A stretch of 64,000 nucleotides of DNA from a virus. The translations under genes and the position numbers were made by a program. The notes under the pieces were generated by a model. The model had not been told where the DNA came from, did not search any database, and saw nothing but the letters and a program-made list of their open reading frames with translations. Where the stretch lies: IMG/VR virus record IMGVR_UViG_3300043410_001789, positions 1 to 64,000 of that record. One strand, given 5' to 3'. Position 1 is the first letter of the stretch. Each line of letters begins with the position of its first letter. This document shows positions 41,252 through 52,188 of the stretch, piece by piece.

Positions 41252-44200
41252 AAATAGAACTTCTCCTAATACTTTGTGAATCTATTTGCTTAATCTGTCC
41301 AATTACAACTCTTGCAATTTGGTCTGGGTTAGCATCTGACTTAACATTTACGTTCACTTCATAATTATACATTGAATTGCCAGCGTATGTTCCGTTATTG
41401 ATAGACTTTAGATTATTTACTCCAAATTTATCTACCGCTGATTTAGTAACAATAAACTCTCCTGGGGTAAGCATTGCTGGAATAGTATCAGTTCCTATGG
41501 CCTGACCACCATCGGCAAGGTATTTAGGAATTATTCCACCAGCTGCTTTGGCTAAGCTAGCCTTTGCTCGTGCGTCAACCGCTAGGTTGTTGAGTCCGTA
41601 TGAGGCTGCAATATTAGCAAATTTTAGCAATTCATTAGCATCATCTTTAGATACTGGTGGTGGTACAACTTCTTCCTTTTTAGGAACAGTATAGTCTGTA
41701 ACTGCTTGTGCAGCGAGAGCGTTAGCTTTTGCCAATTCCGCAGCATAGTCAGTAGCTGATGTTTTAGCAAGGTCAATCTTGTTCTGTAGTTCATCCCACT
41801 TTAGTTTTTCAGCATCTAGGGCTGCAAGCTTAAGATCTTTTTCTACTGTTACAAGACGAATTCGTTCTTGTGCTGGCTCTAGCCTCTTTTCTTCAATATC
41901 AAATATTTCTTTTTCAAGACTCTTTACCTTGTCTTCAATTTCAAGACGAGTCATTTCCTTATCTCCAACCTTTACCTTTAGGTTGGCAAGCTCTGTCTTT
42001 CTGGCTTCATCAAGTTGCTTTTGCTGCATATCCATAGCATCTTGTGTGCTCTGGGCTCTCATTTCTTGTGCTGCTCGTGCAGCTGCTGCTATGTCACCCT
42101 GAGATAGTGCATCAGCTAGGGTTAGCTGTTGCTTTTGTTGTGCAGAAATCTTTTGATTAATGTCCCTAATTTTATCCAGGGCATCTTTACGTTCATCATA
42201 CTTTTTGTTAACAGCATCTTCTTGTGTCTGAAGCTCAGTAAGTCCAGCCTGATAATCATCTATTTGATATTTAATCTTGTCAATATCATTCTGTGCAGCT
42301 GAAACTATGGCATTGTCTGCTTGTGTAGCCTTCTTAAAGTCTATATCAATCTTATTTCTATCTGCATCAAACTTGGCGTTTATCTTTGACATAGAGTCAT
42401 TAAACTTTTCTTCTGCTGTCTTTGCATCTTCAACTGCCTGCTTTTGCTGCTTGTAAAGTTCAATGGTCTGCTTAATTGCTGCATTCTTATCTTTAATGTC
42501 TGTAGATGCTTTAATTGCAGCAATTGCTTCGGCAAGACCACTATCTTTTCCAGCTTCTACCGCATCCTTGTATGACATACCAGTTGCAAGAAGTTCTTTT
42601 CTAGCACCGAGTTCATCTTTAGTAGACTTTACAGCTGCTTGTACTGACAGTTGGTAATTTCCAAGAGTAATTGCATTAAATGCATTTTGCAGATCTGCAG
42701 CGTCTTTCTTCATAGTAATAAGACCAGTCTTCTTGTTTATTGTCATAAACTTATCTTGAACTGATTTATCTGCATTGGATATAAAGTCAATAAAGTCTTT
42801 ATTATATCCCTTGTTACCAAGCTGTTGTTCAATACCGTTGTAGAGTAGACCGCCACCCTTCTTTTCAAGAGCACCCATTTTCATCCACTTGTGTAACTCT
42901 TTAAAGCCACCTGCTGCATCTACTGCTGCTTGACGTACCTGCTTAAGCTTTTTCATTATGTCTGCATATGGGTCAGCTTTGGCACCACCGCCAACATCAC
43001 CGCCAGCACCTGGAAGTTTTGCATCTCCAGGTGTAAGTGCTTCAGTTCTTTGCTGAGCCATTTCTGATGCGTATAGATCTCTCTTCTTACCAGAATCCAT
43101 GTTAGACCAATACTCTCTAACTGATGCACCGCCACCTGCATCTGCAATCTTTCTTGCAGTCCAGGCACTTAGTTGGTCTGCAGTTACTGTTTCTTGAATA
43201 GTCAGGAATGTAGTGGTATATACCTTTTGTTGGTCTGGTGGCAAACTATTAAAATAATCTATTTGATCCTGTGCTAGATTCATTCCAGAAGTTTGTGCAA
43301 TTACCTCATACTTTATCTTTTTACCTTTATTTTTAGTAATAGCATCACCAACTGCTTTAATTCCATTTTTAATCTTATTAAGTTTTTCTGATGGCGTTCC
43401 ATCATCCTTAATTAACTGATTCATATCTATAGATTGACCATTACCAAGACCATCGCTCACTCTCTTAATTTCAGATAGTGTGTCCATGGTCTCTTGTGAT
43501 TTGCCATCTGTATTGGCCTCTATTTTTGCAGTAAAGTTTGTAAACTTATTTTTAGCAGCGTCATCGGAGCCGAATAGTGATCCTAATTCGACCATTTGTT
43601 GTTGAGCACCTGGTCCATACTTAATTCCAATAGATGCAATTTTTTCATATACCTCAGAGTGGTGCTGAGGATCAAAAATCCCTTCAAGTCTTTGCAGTTG
43701 GTCTATATTTTCTACAGAAACATTTGCTAGCAAGGTTGCTTTAGTTTGGTTAGTTAGAAAGTTACTGTCTGCAACTCCCTCAAGTGTAGTTTTTGCAACA
43801 TTCTTGATAGGATCCGACATTCCTTCAAACATCAATCTCTTTGATTCTTGAATGTTATCTACAATCTGATTGGCAGATGCATTCTGGGCAGCACCTGCCC
43901 TATAGCTTGACAATCCCTTGATATAGTCATATTCTGTCTTCATTGCTGTTGCAGTTTGATTTTGAAGAGCGAGTCTATCAGTATTATATTTGTCATTTTC
44001 TTTGTTTACGCCTTCTAGATCACCTGCAGCTTGAAGAATCTCCAGTCTTTTTCTGTGCTCAAGTTCTAGGTTGTCTAGGTTTTGCTGTCCCATGCTTAGA
44101 ATATCTTGGAATCCCTGTGCATACTTTGCTTCAGCTGCAGCTACCTGGGTATAGTTAGCTCTACCAAATAGAGTTAGATTATCACTGCTGCTTATTAAAC

Positions 44201-47200
44201 CTTTTGTACTTTGAGTATCTGTTGTAGTTCCTAAAGCTGTTTGCTTTGTAGTTATTATCTCTCCCATAATCTTTATTGGGTCTTTAGATAAATCTTCTCC
44301 ATTAGGACCAAGAATTTTTGTCATTGTTGTTAAAACGCTTATACCAAAATCATAGTCCTTGAGTGTTTCTCCAAGGTTATATGCAATACTAGCAGCCTGT
44401 TCTTTTGTAAGAACATTTGTTGCAACGGCTTGCGATAACTGTGCAGCAACATCAGAGACTGATGTCTGCTTTCCAAACATGATATTGCTTTGCTGAACCG
44501 AAGATACTAACGCTTTTCCAGCTTCAGATTCTACATATGATCCACCAAATGTATTCTTACCTGTCTTAATGTTATACGGAGAACGTTCATCAGCACGGAT
44601 TTTATCCATTACCTCTGTAGGGGTGACCTTACCAGATGCCATGCCAAGATTTTTCATTGCTTCGGCACCAGAAGATAGATCCTTAGCAGTTTTCATTGCT
44701 CCAGCTCTAAAGTTATCTAGATCTTGTTTCATTTGGAATAGTACCATTCCAACAGCACCAATGGCACCAACTGCTAGACCTGCTGGACCAGGTATCATAG
44801 ATGTTGCTGCTGTAAATGCAGCGATAGGACCAATAGCAGATCTAGCAGCATCTCCAACTGCTCCTGGCATTGCAGAAGCCATACCAACTGCCATTGTTAG
44901 ACCCATACCTGCCTGTGCCATTCTTCCAGAAGCCTGAGCAGACATCTGTTTTCCAGTTTGTCTTGTTGCTGCTCCTGCTGCTGCCTGATCCTTAGCTATA
45001 ATAGGCTTGCCAGTCTTTTCGCTGATTGTGGTAAATCTTCCCTTTGAGTCTATACCGTATCCAGCAGCTGCTGCTGCTTTTTCTGTACGTCTGTTACTCA
45101 TACCGCCTAAATAAATCTTACCAGTTCTTGGGTTAGTAACTATCTGAGAATTATTTCCTGGCAATCTAGATGAAAATCTTGTTAATGCGTTTGTTGCATA
45201 GTCTCCACCAACACGTTTTAGGTTAGCACGAATTGCTTGACCGTTTTGACTATTCCATGCTCTTACTGCACTATCTCCAGCCTTGAGGATTCCTGTACCT
45301 GCTGCAGAGGCTGCAGATTTAAGTTTAGGGGTTACTACACCCTGGAATTTATTTCCAAGATCTTGACCCATACCCTTAATTTTTGAGCCAAAGCCTGCAG
45401 CCATTTTTGTACCCTGCTGTTCTGGACGATAGGCTGGTGGTGGAGTAACACCAGGAATAGTTGTTGGCGAACTAAATACATCGTTTGGTGAAGAGAAGTT
45501 AAAGCCCTTCTTTCCTCTGGCATATCCAGGAAGAGTTCCATCAACCATGCCCGAAATGAGTGGAGCATATTTCTTTGACATTCCTGCAGGAATTACGGAT
45601 TCTCCTGGAGAAAGCATTGCTGGGACAACGTCTCCTGCACCCTTTGGACCAGGAACTGAAACAACACCATCCTTAAATCCAAGAACTCGTACAATTCTGC
45701 TAATTCCTGCTCTTCTCATTGCTAGCATCATTGCTGACTTATTTGCAAGAGCATCTCTTTCAATAGCAGCATTTGTGACCTTCATGTCATTGGCTCTATA
45801 TTGTGCATTTTTAGGGCTAGTAAGCTCTGCCTTTGAATACCCTGCATGTAATAATTTAGAATAAGACAAGAATTTTTGAAGCTTTGACACTTCTTGCACC
45901 GACAATCCTGCGGTGTAGTGTGGAGTATTATTTGATATCTCTTCAATTACTTTAGAGAATGCGATTCTTTCTTTTTCATTAAATGATGCATTATCTGCTA
46001 TCTGTGCTTGCAAAGCCTGAATATCTGCCTTAAGGGCTGGATTTTTAGCCATGACATTTGCTGCTGCATCTTTAAATATTTTTGCTCTTGGTCCGCCAGC
46101 TTCTGACTCAAATTCGCTGCTTAGGGTGCTTAGAACATTGTTTTCAATTCTTGGATCTATTCCAAAATAATCTTTTCCCCAAAATTCTGGCTGGAGTTTC
46201 CATGCACCGACAGAAGCCATGTGGCCTCTTTCTGTACCATGATAAGTTTTAGTATTTTTTGGATCATAGCCTGAGTGGTTTCTAGCAATATCTTCTATTG
46301 TAATTTTTCTAGCTACTGGCTTTGGTCCTCTTTGACCAGACTGTTCCCATTCTGTTAATTGTTGTTTATATTTGTTGTCTTTTTCTTTTTGTTTGTCTAC
46401 AACTTCTTGTTGCCAGTACGCACGGTCTTCCCCTGTAGAATTGACAATAGCCTCAAAGTGTGCTTTTGCCATACCTTTTGCCATATCAAATTCTTTTTGA
46501 AACTGTGGATTTTTCAATACAGTATCTGGAATTGTTAAGCCCTTTGTTGGGTTTCCTCTCATGTCAGATCTAAATTTTTCTTTAAACTTTCCATATTCTT
46601 TATTTCTGACACCAGATTCATCAACTGATGGGAACATCTTATTTAAAGTTTCTGCTGCAGAATTTTGATTCAAGGCATTATTCCAAAGAACTGCTCTTTT
46701 GGTAAATTCTGTTACTGGAGCTTGAGTAGATTTTGCAGATACAAAATCAAGCATTGCTAGTTTTGCAGCATGTGGATCTGATGCATGTAGTCTATTAACA
46801 GATCTTTCAATTTCAGCCTTTTGTGCTTCTGTGAGACCATAATTTAATGTGAATATTCCAGCTTTGGTATTGATGGTTGATCCTGCTGGTCTATTGCTAC
46901 CTGTATTTCCAACATCTGCTGTACCCTTGTTAAATCCAGGAAGTTTTCCAGAAACCATTCGTGATATAAAGCCACGGTTCTTAGATGCAATATCTGCTGG
47001 AATAACTGCTTCTCCAGGAGATAGCATAGCTGGAACAACATCACCAGCTCCCTTCGGTCCTGGCACAGATATAATTCCATCTGCCAGCTTCATTCCTCTT
47101 GGCATCTTTCCGCCAGGGCCAGGTACTGTTGCTAGACTTCTACCAGCTACTGCTGCTGCTTCGTATGCTGCTGCAAGTTTTCTAACTGCAGATTCTTCAA

Positions 47201-49082
47201 CTGTAAACTGTTGAGTAAGACTCATGTGTGCTTGGTCTAGTGAAGCTGCTGCAGCTGCAGCGTCAATTTGTTCCGCTGACATATACTGTGTTTGTTGACC
47301 AAGAATACCTGTTCCTTGACCTGCACGGATAAATACATTTCTTAGGAAGTTTCCAGCTTTAATAAGGTTTGCGATACCGTTAGCGATAAGACCAAATGCC
47401 ATAATTGCCATTGGAGCAAGACCACCGAGAACACCGATAATGCCCATAATGAATCCCTTGGTATTGTCACCTAGAGAATTAAACTTGTCAAGGATGTTTG
47501 TAACAAATCCAATAATTGGGGTTAGTAGTTTTAAGAATTGCTCTCCTAGTGGAACAAGCTTGGCCTTCATATCTTCTACTGCTTTTTGGAATTTGTACAT
47601 TGGCGAGTCTTCAACCTTTTTCATTTCTCGCTCAGATAGTACTGAAAGTTCTGCTGCAGTAGCCTTTGTTAACCCAAGAACCCTAGATGCCTGAGATCCT
47701 TCCGCTACAACATTTTGGAATAGGGTTGAGATACGAGCAAACTGGAACTTACCAAACATCATTTCAATTGCTTTTGCACGGTTAAGTGGGTCAAGGGTAT
47801 CAAATGCTTTTGCCATGTCAATAACCATGTTCTTGACATTACCCTTATCTGATTCAACGATTCCCTTTACGTTAATACCAAAACCAGCAAGAAATTCAGA
47901 TGCCTTTTTAGTTGGGTTAATCATAGATGCAATACCAGATTTAATTGCGTTAGCACCTTCAGAGGCATTGATTCCACCTTCACGCATAGCAGTTAGGAAG
48001 AAGGCTAGATCTTTTACGTTACCGCCAAGTTGTTTAATAACAGGTGCAGCTTTTGGAATAGCGGTAGTAAGGTCATCAATTGATGTGATAGTTTGGTTTT
48101 CAACAGCATTTAGGAAGTCAATGTTTCCTGCTAGGTCTTTAGCTGCAATACCAAAAGTGTTTGTTAGAGATGTCGTGGTCTCTAGAGCCTTTTGCTGGTC
48201 AACTCCACCCAATACCGCAAGCTTTGTAGCATTTGCTACTTGGGCAATTAAATCTGCACCAGTCTTACCCATGGCTGCAGCGTCAGCAGCAAGTCCCATG
48301 GTCTTTGAAACGGCTACGCCATATTTAGTATACTCTAGACCAAGCTGCTTGATTTGGTTAACCATCTTGTCAGTATCACCAACAGTAGTGTTAAAGTCTC
48401 CATAAACACGGCGGAGTCTAACAATTTCCTTTTCCATGTTCATGAAGACTCTGGATGCTGCAACTCCAAGCATTGTTAATGGAACTGTAAAACCAACGGT
48501 AAGCTGACGACCTGCCCACTGTGTGTTCTTACCAAAGTTTAGCAAGCTTGTAGAACCCTGCTGAACCAACTTATTCATGAGCTGTTGCTTCTGTGCAACT
48601 ATAGCTTGCTGGGTTGCAAGATTCTGCATATCAAGTGCAAGTGGTCTAACCTTGATGGCTTGCATTGCACCATTGGCATCTCTACCGAGCTTTATGTATT
48701 GTGTCTGTAGACTTTTTACTCGTGACTCTGCTACTCTACCAATTGTGTCAAATTCCGTCTTGAAGAGTCTTCCGAAAGTTTGGGTTGATCCAGCTGCATA
48801 TCTAAAGTACTGGCCCATAGACATCTTATTGCGTTCTAGGGCATGGGTGAAAGATTCTGTTGTACTTTGGACTCTTGTAAGTCCTGCTGAGAATTGTTTT
48901 GTAGCATTAACGGAATTTATTAAATTCCTAGTTAGGTTATTAGAAATGGCAGCATTAGCTGCAGAACCTGATGATCTTAGGGTTTGGTGGAAAGCTGAAA
49001 TCTCTGCTTGTAATGTTTTAAGATTGGCAATTGCACTGGCAGTATCAATACCAATATGTATATTTGACTGAACTTCAGCCAT
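41241..49082 (-). CDS. Tape measure protein with internal repeats and an inserted domain
   Basis: 2613 aa; TP901-type TMP core; TM stretches; three copies of the GD.VPAML.PGE-type motif. Confidence 0.92.
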   Translation of the reverse strand: MAEVQSNIHIGIDTASAIANLKTLQAEISAFHQTLRSSGSAANAAISNNLTRNLINSVNATKQFSAGLTRVQSTTESFTHALERNKMSMGQYFRYAAGSTQTFGRLFKTEFDTIGRVAESRVKSLQTQYIKLGRDANGAMQAIKVRPLALDMQNLATQQAIVAQKQQLMNKLVQQGSTSLLNFGKNTQWAGRQLTVGFTVPLTMLGVAASRVFMNMEKEIVRLRRVYGDFNTTVGDTDKMVNQIKQLGLEYTKYGVAVSKTMGLAADAAAMGKTGADLIAQVANATKLAVLGGVDQQKALETTTSLTNTFGIAAKDLAGNIDFLNAVENQTITSIDDLTTAIPKAAPVIKQLGGNVKDLAFFLTAMREGGINASEGANAIKSGIASMINPTKKASEFLAGFGINVKGIVESDKGNVKNMVIDMAKAFDTLDPLNRAKAIEMMFGKFQFARISTLFQNVVAEGSQASRVLGLTKATAAELSVLSEREMKKVEDSPMYKFQKAVEDMKAKLVPLGEQFLKLLTPIIGFVTNILDKFNSLGDNTKGFIMGIIGVLGGLAPMAIMAFGLIANGIANLIKAGNFLRNVFIRAGQGTGILGQQTQYMSAEQIDAAAAAASLDQAHMSLTQQFTVEESAVRKLAAAYEAAAVAGRSLATVPGPGGKMPRGMKLADGIISVPGPKGAGDVVPAMLSPGEAVIPADIASKNRGFISRMVSGKLPGFNKGTADVGNTGSNRPAGSTINTKAGIFTLNYGLTEAQKAEIERSVNRLHASDPHAAKLAMLDFVSAKSTQAPVTEFTKRAVLWNNALNQNSAAETLNKMFPSVDESGVRNKEYGKFKEKFRSDMRGNPTKGLTIPDTVLKNPQFQKEFDMAKGMAKAHFEAIVNSTGEDRAYWQQEVVDKQKEKDNKYKQQLTEWEQSGQRGPKPVARKITIEDIARNHSGYDPKNTKTYHGTERGHMASVGAWKLQPEFWGKDYFGIDPRIENNVLSTLSSEFESEAGGPRAKIFKDAAANVMAKNPALKADIQALQAQIADNASFNEKERIAFSKVIEEISNNTPHYTAGLSVQEVSKLQKFLSYSKLLHAGYSKAELTSPKNAQYRANDMKVTNAAIERDALANKSAMMLAMRRAGISRIVRVLGFKDGVVSVPGPKGAGDVVPAMLSPGESVIPAGMSKKYAPLISGMVDGTLPGYARGKKGFNFSSPNDVFSSPTTIPGVTPPPAYRPEQQGTKMAAGFGSKIKGMGQDLGNKFQGVVTPKLKSAASAAGTGILKAGDSAVRAWNSQNGQAIRANLKRVGGDYATNALTRFSSRLPGNNSQIVTNPRTGKIYLGGMSNRRTEKAAAAAGYGIDSKGRFTTISEKTGKPIIAKDQAAAGAATRQTGKQMSAQASGRMAQAGMGLTMAVGMASAMPGAVGDAARSAIGPIAAFTAATSMIPGPAGLAVGAIGAVGMVLFQMKQDLDNFRAGAMKTAKDLSSGAEAMKNLGMASGKVTPTEVMDKIRADERSPYNIKTGKNTFGGSYVESEAGKALVSSVQQSNIMFGKQTSVSDVAAQLSQAVATNVLTKEQAASIAYNLGETLKDYDFGISVLTTMTKILGPNGEDLSKDPIKIMGEIITTKQTALGTTTDTQSTKGLISSSDNLTLFGRANYTQVAAAEAKYAQGFQDILSMGQQNLDNLELEHRKRLEILQAAGDLEGVNKENDKYNTDRLALQNQTATAMKTEYDYIKGLSSYRAGAAQNASANQIVDNIQESKRLMFEGMSDPIKNVAKTTLEGVADSNFLTNQTKATLLANVSVENIDQLQRLEGIFDPQHHSEVYEKIASIGIKYGPGAQQQMVELGSLFGSDDAAKNKFTNFTAKIEANTDGKSQETMDTLSEIKRVSDGLGNGQSIDMNQLIKDDGTPSEKLNKIKNGIKAVGDAITKNKGKKIKYEVIAQTSGMNLAQDQIDYFNSLPPDQQKVYTTTFLTIQETVTADQLSAWTARKIADAGGGASVREYWSNMDSGKKRDLYASEMAQQRTEALTPGDAKLPGAGGDVGGGAKADPYADIMKKLKQVRQAAVDAAGGFKELHKWMKMGALEKKGGGLLYNGIEQQLGNKGYNKDFIDFISNADKSVQDKFMTINKKTGLITMKKDAADLQNAFNAITLGNYQLSVQAAVKSTKDELGARKELLATGMSYKDAVEAGKDSGLAEAIAAIKASTDIKDKNAAIKQTIELYKQQKQAVEDAKTAEEKFNDSMSKINAKFDADRNKIDIDFKKATQADNAIVSAAQNDIDKIKYQIDDYQAGLTELQTQEDAVNKKYDERKDALDKIRDINQKISAQQKQQLTLADALSQGDIAAAARAAQEMRAQSTQDAMDMQQKQLDEARKTELANLKVKVGDKEMTRLEIEDKVKSLEKEIFDIEEKRLEPAQERIRLVTVEKDLKLAALDAEKLKWDELQNKIDLAKTSATDYAAELAKANALAAQAVTDYTVPKKEEVVPPPVSKDDANELLKFANIAASYGLNNLAVDARAKASLAKAAGGIIPKYLADGGQAIGTDTIPAMLTPGEFIVTKSAVDKFGVNNLKSINNGTYAGNSMYNYEVNVNVKSDANPDQIARVVIGQIKQIDSQSIRRSSIYGN

Positions 49083-49103
49083 CCACTAAACACCTCTTTT
49101 TAT

Positions 49104-49421
49104 TTATTGTCTATTTCCAAGGACCTGGCCACCAAGGGTGTATCCAGAAGCCTCTTCAATAATTTCATAGACTGTTGGTAGATCAATATTGTCTTCCAAG
49201 GCCTTTAGATCTTCAGCAATTTCAGGTTTGAACTGCTTCAGAGCAATACCAACACATTCCAAAAGTGCAGAGATTGACTTATCGTTATCTTCTGCAACAT
49301 TCTGAATTGCTTCAAACTTCTTCATGAAGTCTCTTAGTAGAGAAATCTTTAGTGGACGCAGAGAGATCTCTGTTCCGTCTAGAAGCTTAACGGTCTTTGA
49401 CTCATTAATTGTGGTTGCCAT
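49104..49421 (-). CDS. Tail assembly chaperone (short, G-like)
   Basis: Between major tail and TMP; SD before ATG 49421; paralog of the next gene's N-terminus. Confidence 0.7.
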   Translation of the reverse strand: MATTINESKTVKLLDGTEISLRPLKISLLRDFMKKFEAIQNVAEDNDKSISALLECVGIALKQFKPEIAEDLKALEDNIDLPTVYEIIEEASGYTLGGQVLGNRQ

Positions 49422-49464
49422 TTTATTCCTTCCAAAATTGGTATACAAAAATTATAGCACAATG

Positions 49465-50136
49465 CTAGTCAATTTTTTCGTAACTTAGTCCCATGCCAAT
49501 TCCAAATCCAGCCTTATCAGCATTAACTCCTTGATATGCTAATATGTCATTTGGATTGTTTGTATTACCAAATACTCTGGCTTTCATCTTTTCCCAGGCA
49601 TTATCGTCAGAGTTCTTTTCTAGGTCTACCCCCTGTATTGCAGCATGAAACTTCTTGTCTTGATAATCAATTTCTCTTTTTGCATTAAGTGTTGCTGTTA
49701 ATTCTGGCATTGATAGGGATGATTCAAGTTCTTCATAGTCTTTCCAAATACCCAGTAAAAATGCTTCTGATTCAAGTTTAGCTAGATCTAAATCTTCCCA
49801 AGCAGACCCACTCTCTACTGCTTGTTCCTTTACAGGTTCTTCTTTTTTAGAATTTATCTTAATACCTGCAGCAACATCTAGGACTTCGTAGACTGTTGGC
49901 ATATCCATAAGGTCTTCTACCTGCCCCACAGTTGTTATTTCTGGTCTATATTGTTGCATTGCAATGAGTGTGCAATAAACTAAATTAGTCATGGCCTCTT
50001 CATCGTTTTTAGATGCCTTAACTAGTTCAAATACATTTAAAAATTCTCTTAGGTATTTAAGTTTAAGTGGAGATATTGTAATACTGGTTCCATCTACAAA
50101 CCGTACCCTTTTAGTATCATATATTTTAGTTGCCAT
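49465..50136 (-). CDS. Tail assembly chaperone (long, GT-like)
   Basis: N-half homologous to the 49104 gene; C-half W...ELE...L...EL resembles gpT. Confidence 0.7.
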   Translation of the reverse strand: MATKIYDTKRVRFVDGTSITISPLKLKYLREFLNVFELVKASKNDEEAMTNLVYCTLIAMQQYRPEITTVGQVEDLMDMPTVYEVLDVAAGIKINSKKEEPVKEQAVESGSAWEDLDLAKLESEAFLLGIWKDYEELESSLSMPELTATLNAKREIDYQDKKFHAAIQGVDLEKNSDDNAWEKMKARVFGNTNNPNDILAYQGVNADKAGFGIGMGLSYEKID

Positions 50137-50156
50137 CTAATAAGTATACCAAATGC

Positions 50157-50185
50157 AAAACCCCCCAGCGATTAAACTGGAGGGC
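50157..50185 (-). terminator. Terminator after major tail gene
   Basis: GCCCTCCAG-loop-CTGGGGGG-TTTT. Confidence 0.7.
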
Positions 50186-50207
50186 TTGCTATTAAGTTAT
50201 TATTAAA

Positions 50208-50870
50208 TTATGCTGCTGGAATTGTACGGTCAACAATCTTACCGTATGACGCTGAGTCATTTGGTAGTAGACGGAAGTTAACCTCAAATTCGGTTGCTGC
50301 GTCACGCTTAGCTGCTACTGTAACGCTTTCAATTGAAAGTGCACGGTAAGCAACGTAGATACGCTCTAGCTCTGAGCCTGCTGCACAGTCACCTGTACCT
50401 GGACCAACTGCAACTAGACCACGCTCAACTGGACATTCTCCAATGTCACCAGCTGAGAGTCTCATGGTTGGGTTGCCTGATACAGTAGAAAGGTTTGAGT
50501 CCTTTCCAGCAACTGCAAACAATAGGTTTTCTAGAGTTGCCTCTGCGAAAGTAGTCTTTAGATCAACCTTCATACCCTGCTTGTAGAGCTTAGCAACGTC
50601 AAGAACCTGGTCAACCTTAACTTCACCGAAGTCAGGCTGGAACTGTAGCTCAAGACCGTTAGTTGTGTAACCAACGTTACGGAATGTTCCAGTCTGTGCC
50701 TCAAGTGTGTCCTTGTAAGACTCACCATCAACGTAGGTTGGAAGATCCAGAGCTGCCTGAGTGTCAGTAATGGTTCCTGATGAAGTTAGTCCAATTGGAC
50801 CTTCTTCGTAAGTAAAAAGTGCTGCTGCACCAACAATGATGTTAGCACTTGAACCTCTGTTATATGCCAT
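50208..50870 (-). CDS. Major tail tube protein
   Basis: NIIVGAA, VGYTTNG, EATLENL; followed by a terminator and chaperones. Confidence 0.85.
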   Translation of the reverse strand: MAYNRGSSANIIVGAAALFTYEEGPIGLTSSGTITDTQAALDLPTYVDGESYKDTLEAQTGTFRNVGYTTNGLELQFQPDFGEVKVDQVLDVAKLYKQGMKVDLKTTFAEATLENLLFAVAGKDSNLSTVSGNPTMRLSAGDIGECPVERGLVAVGPGTGDCAAGSELERIYVAYRALSIESVTVAAKRDAATEFEVNFRLLPNDSASYGKIVDRTIPAA

Positions 50871-50935
50871 AATATTTCACCTCTTTTTCGTTAGAATATT
50901 TGGGCGTGTTTCCTCAACATAAGTATACCATGCTT

Positions 50936-51514
50936 TTAAGCATTGGTTAATTGTGGCATCTGGTGATACTCATATTCGATGATTATCTTGTTACCACCAT
51001 AGGTTCTAGCAGTACCGAAATCAATGATGTCTGCGGTCTCTTCCAGCTGGTATACCCTGAATTTATGGAAATAGAACTGATTAGAAAACCCACCAAAGGT
51101 CTTACCCTTAGCCCAGGCATTGAGCTCTTCTGCAGTTTCGTCTTCTCTATCCATTAAGCGTAATACAGTTTCTGTTGTGGCAATCATCTTGTCTGTAACA
51201 CCATCAGCTGTGGCAAAGAAATAGTATAGAAGTTGCTCACCCTTTATGTGTGGAAATGGTGATCTACGCAATCTGGTAAGTCTATCATATGTGCATCTTA
51301 TTCCAGCGTATCCATAATTATTATTGTTTATTGTTATCCAACTTCCTGTTAGATCATCAATAGTGTTTGGTGATGGTGGGAAAAAGGGTACGCCAATATT
51401 TAATAATCCTGCTAGCTTTTCTTTTATGTATTCATTTACCCAAAGCATTGGAGTATTTATCATGTAGTTTCCATTAGAAACTGACAACTGTTCTTCTGAC
51501 GAATATATAGTCAT
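50936..51514 (-). CDS. Tail terminator-like protein
   Basis: Position directly upstream of the major tail gene. Confidence 0.55.
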   Translation of the reverse strand: MTIYSSEEQLSVSNGNYMINTPMLWVNEYIKEKLAGLLNIGVPFFPPSPNTIDDLTGSWITINNNNYGYAGIRCTYDRLTRLRRSPFPHIKGEQLLYYFFATADGVTDKMIATTETVLRLMDREDETAEELNAWAKGKTFGGFSNQFYFHKFRVYQLEETADIIDFGTARTYGGNKIIIEYEYHQMPQLTNA

Positions 51515-52188
51515 TATGCTACTGTACCTGCCTTAACAATCCATTGGTATCCTGTAGATAGTCCAGTTGATCTTCCGCCACGTTTACCTGCTGGCATATT
51601 TGTTTTAAATACAACTGGATTTTGTAGATATGCTGAAATTCCACTAGCATATAGAAATGCTTGTGTAAAGTATACTTGGAAAAATTTATCGAATGTCTTT
51701 TCAAATCCACCTGCTGCATTAGAGCCACCAGGATTTTCCACAGTTACTGGATTAGTAGTAAAAATATCCTGACCATCTTTATTAAAAGCAAGCACTTTAG
51801 AGTTCTTTGGTGCTATGGTAACTGGAATTCCATCTTCCATAATTTTAGCCTTATTATAAAATGGAACCTTAGATCCATTTTTAATTGATGATGATTGTCT
51901 AAATGTAGAGTTTACCGATAGACCGTATCCTTGTACAATGTAATCAATATCAAATAATCTTGCTTGTGGACTTCCAGACAAATTCCATTCGTAAACGTGA
52001 CTTAGTAAACTTTCATCTACCCTTGCCATTGTATCTATGTATTCTTTTAATGCCTCTATGGTAGTTTTTCCAAGACCCTGTAAAAATTGAGGCTTTCCCT
52101 TTTCTACACCATCAAGGAATCCTAGGGAATATTGAATAATATTGTTCATATCTTTCATAAACATCTTGTCATCTGTAATTACTTTCAT
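51514..52188 (-). CDS. Neck / tail completion protein
   Basis: Position; KAKIMEDG...IAPKNSKVLAF. Confidence 0.55.
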   Translation of the reverse strand: MKVITDDKMFMKDMNNIIQYSLGFLDGVEKGKPQFLQGLGKTTIEALKEYIDTMARVDESLLSHVYEWNLSGSPQARLFDIDYIVQGYGLSVNSTFRQSSSIKNGSKVPFYNKAKIMEDGIPVTIAPKNSKVLAFNKDGQDIFTTNPVTVENPGGSNAAGGFEKTFDKFFQVYFTQAFLYASGISAYLQNPVVFKTNMPAGKRGGRSTGLSTGYQWIVKAGTVA

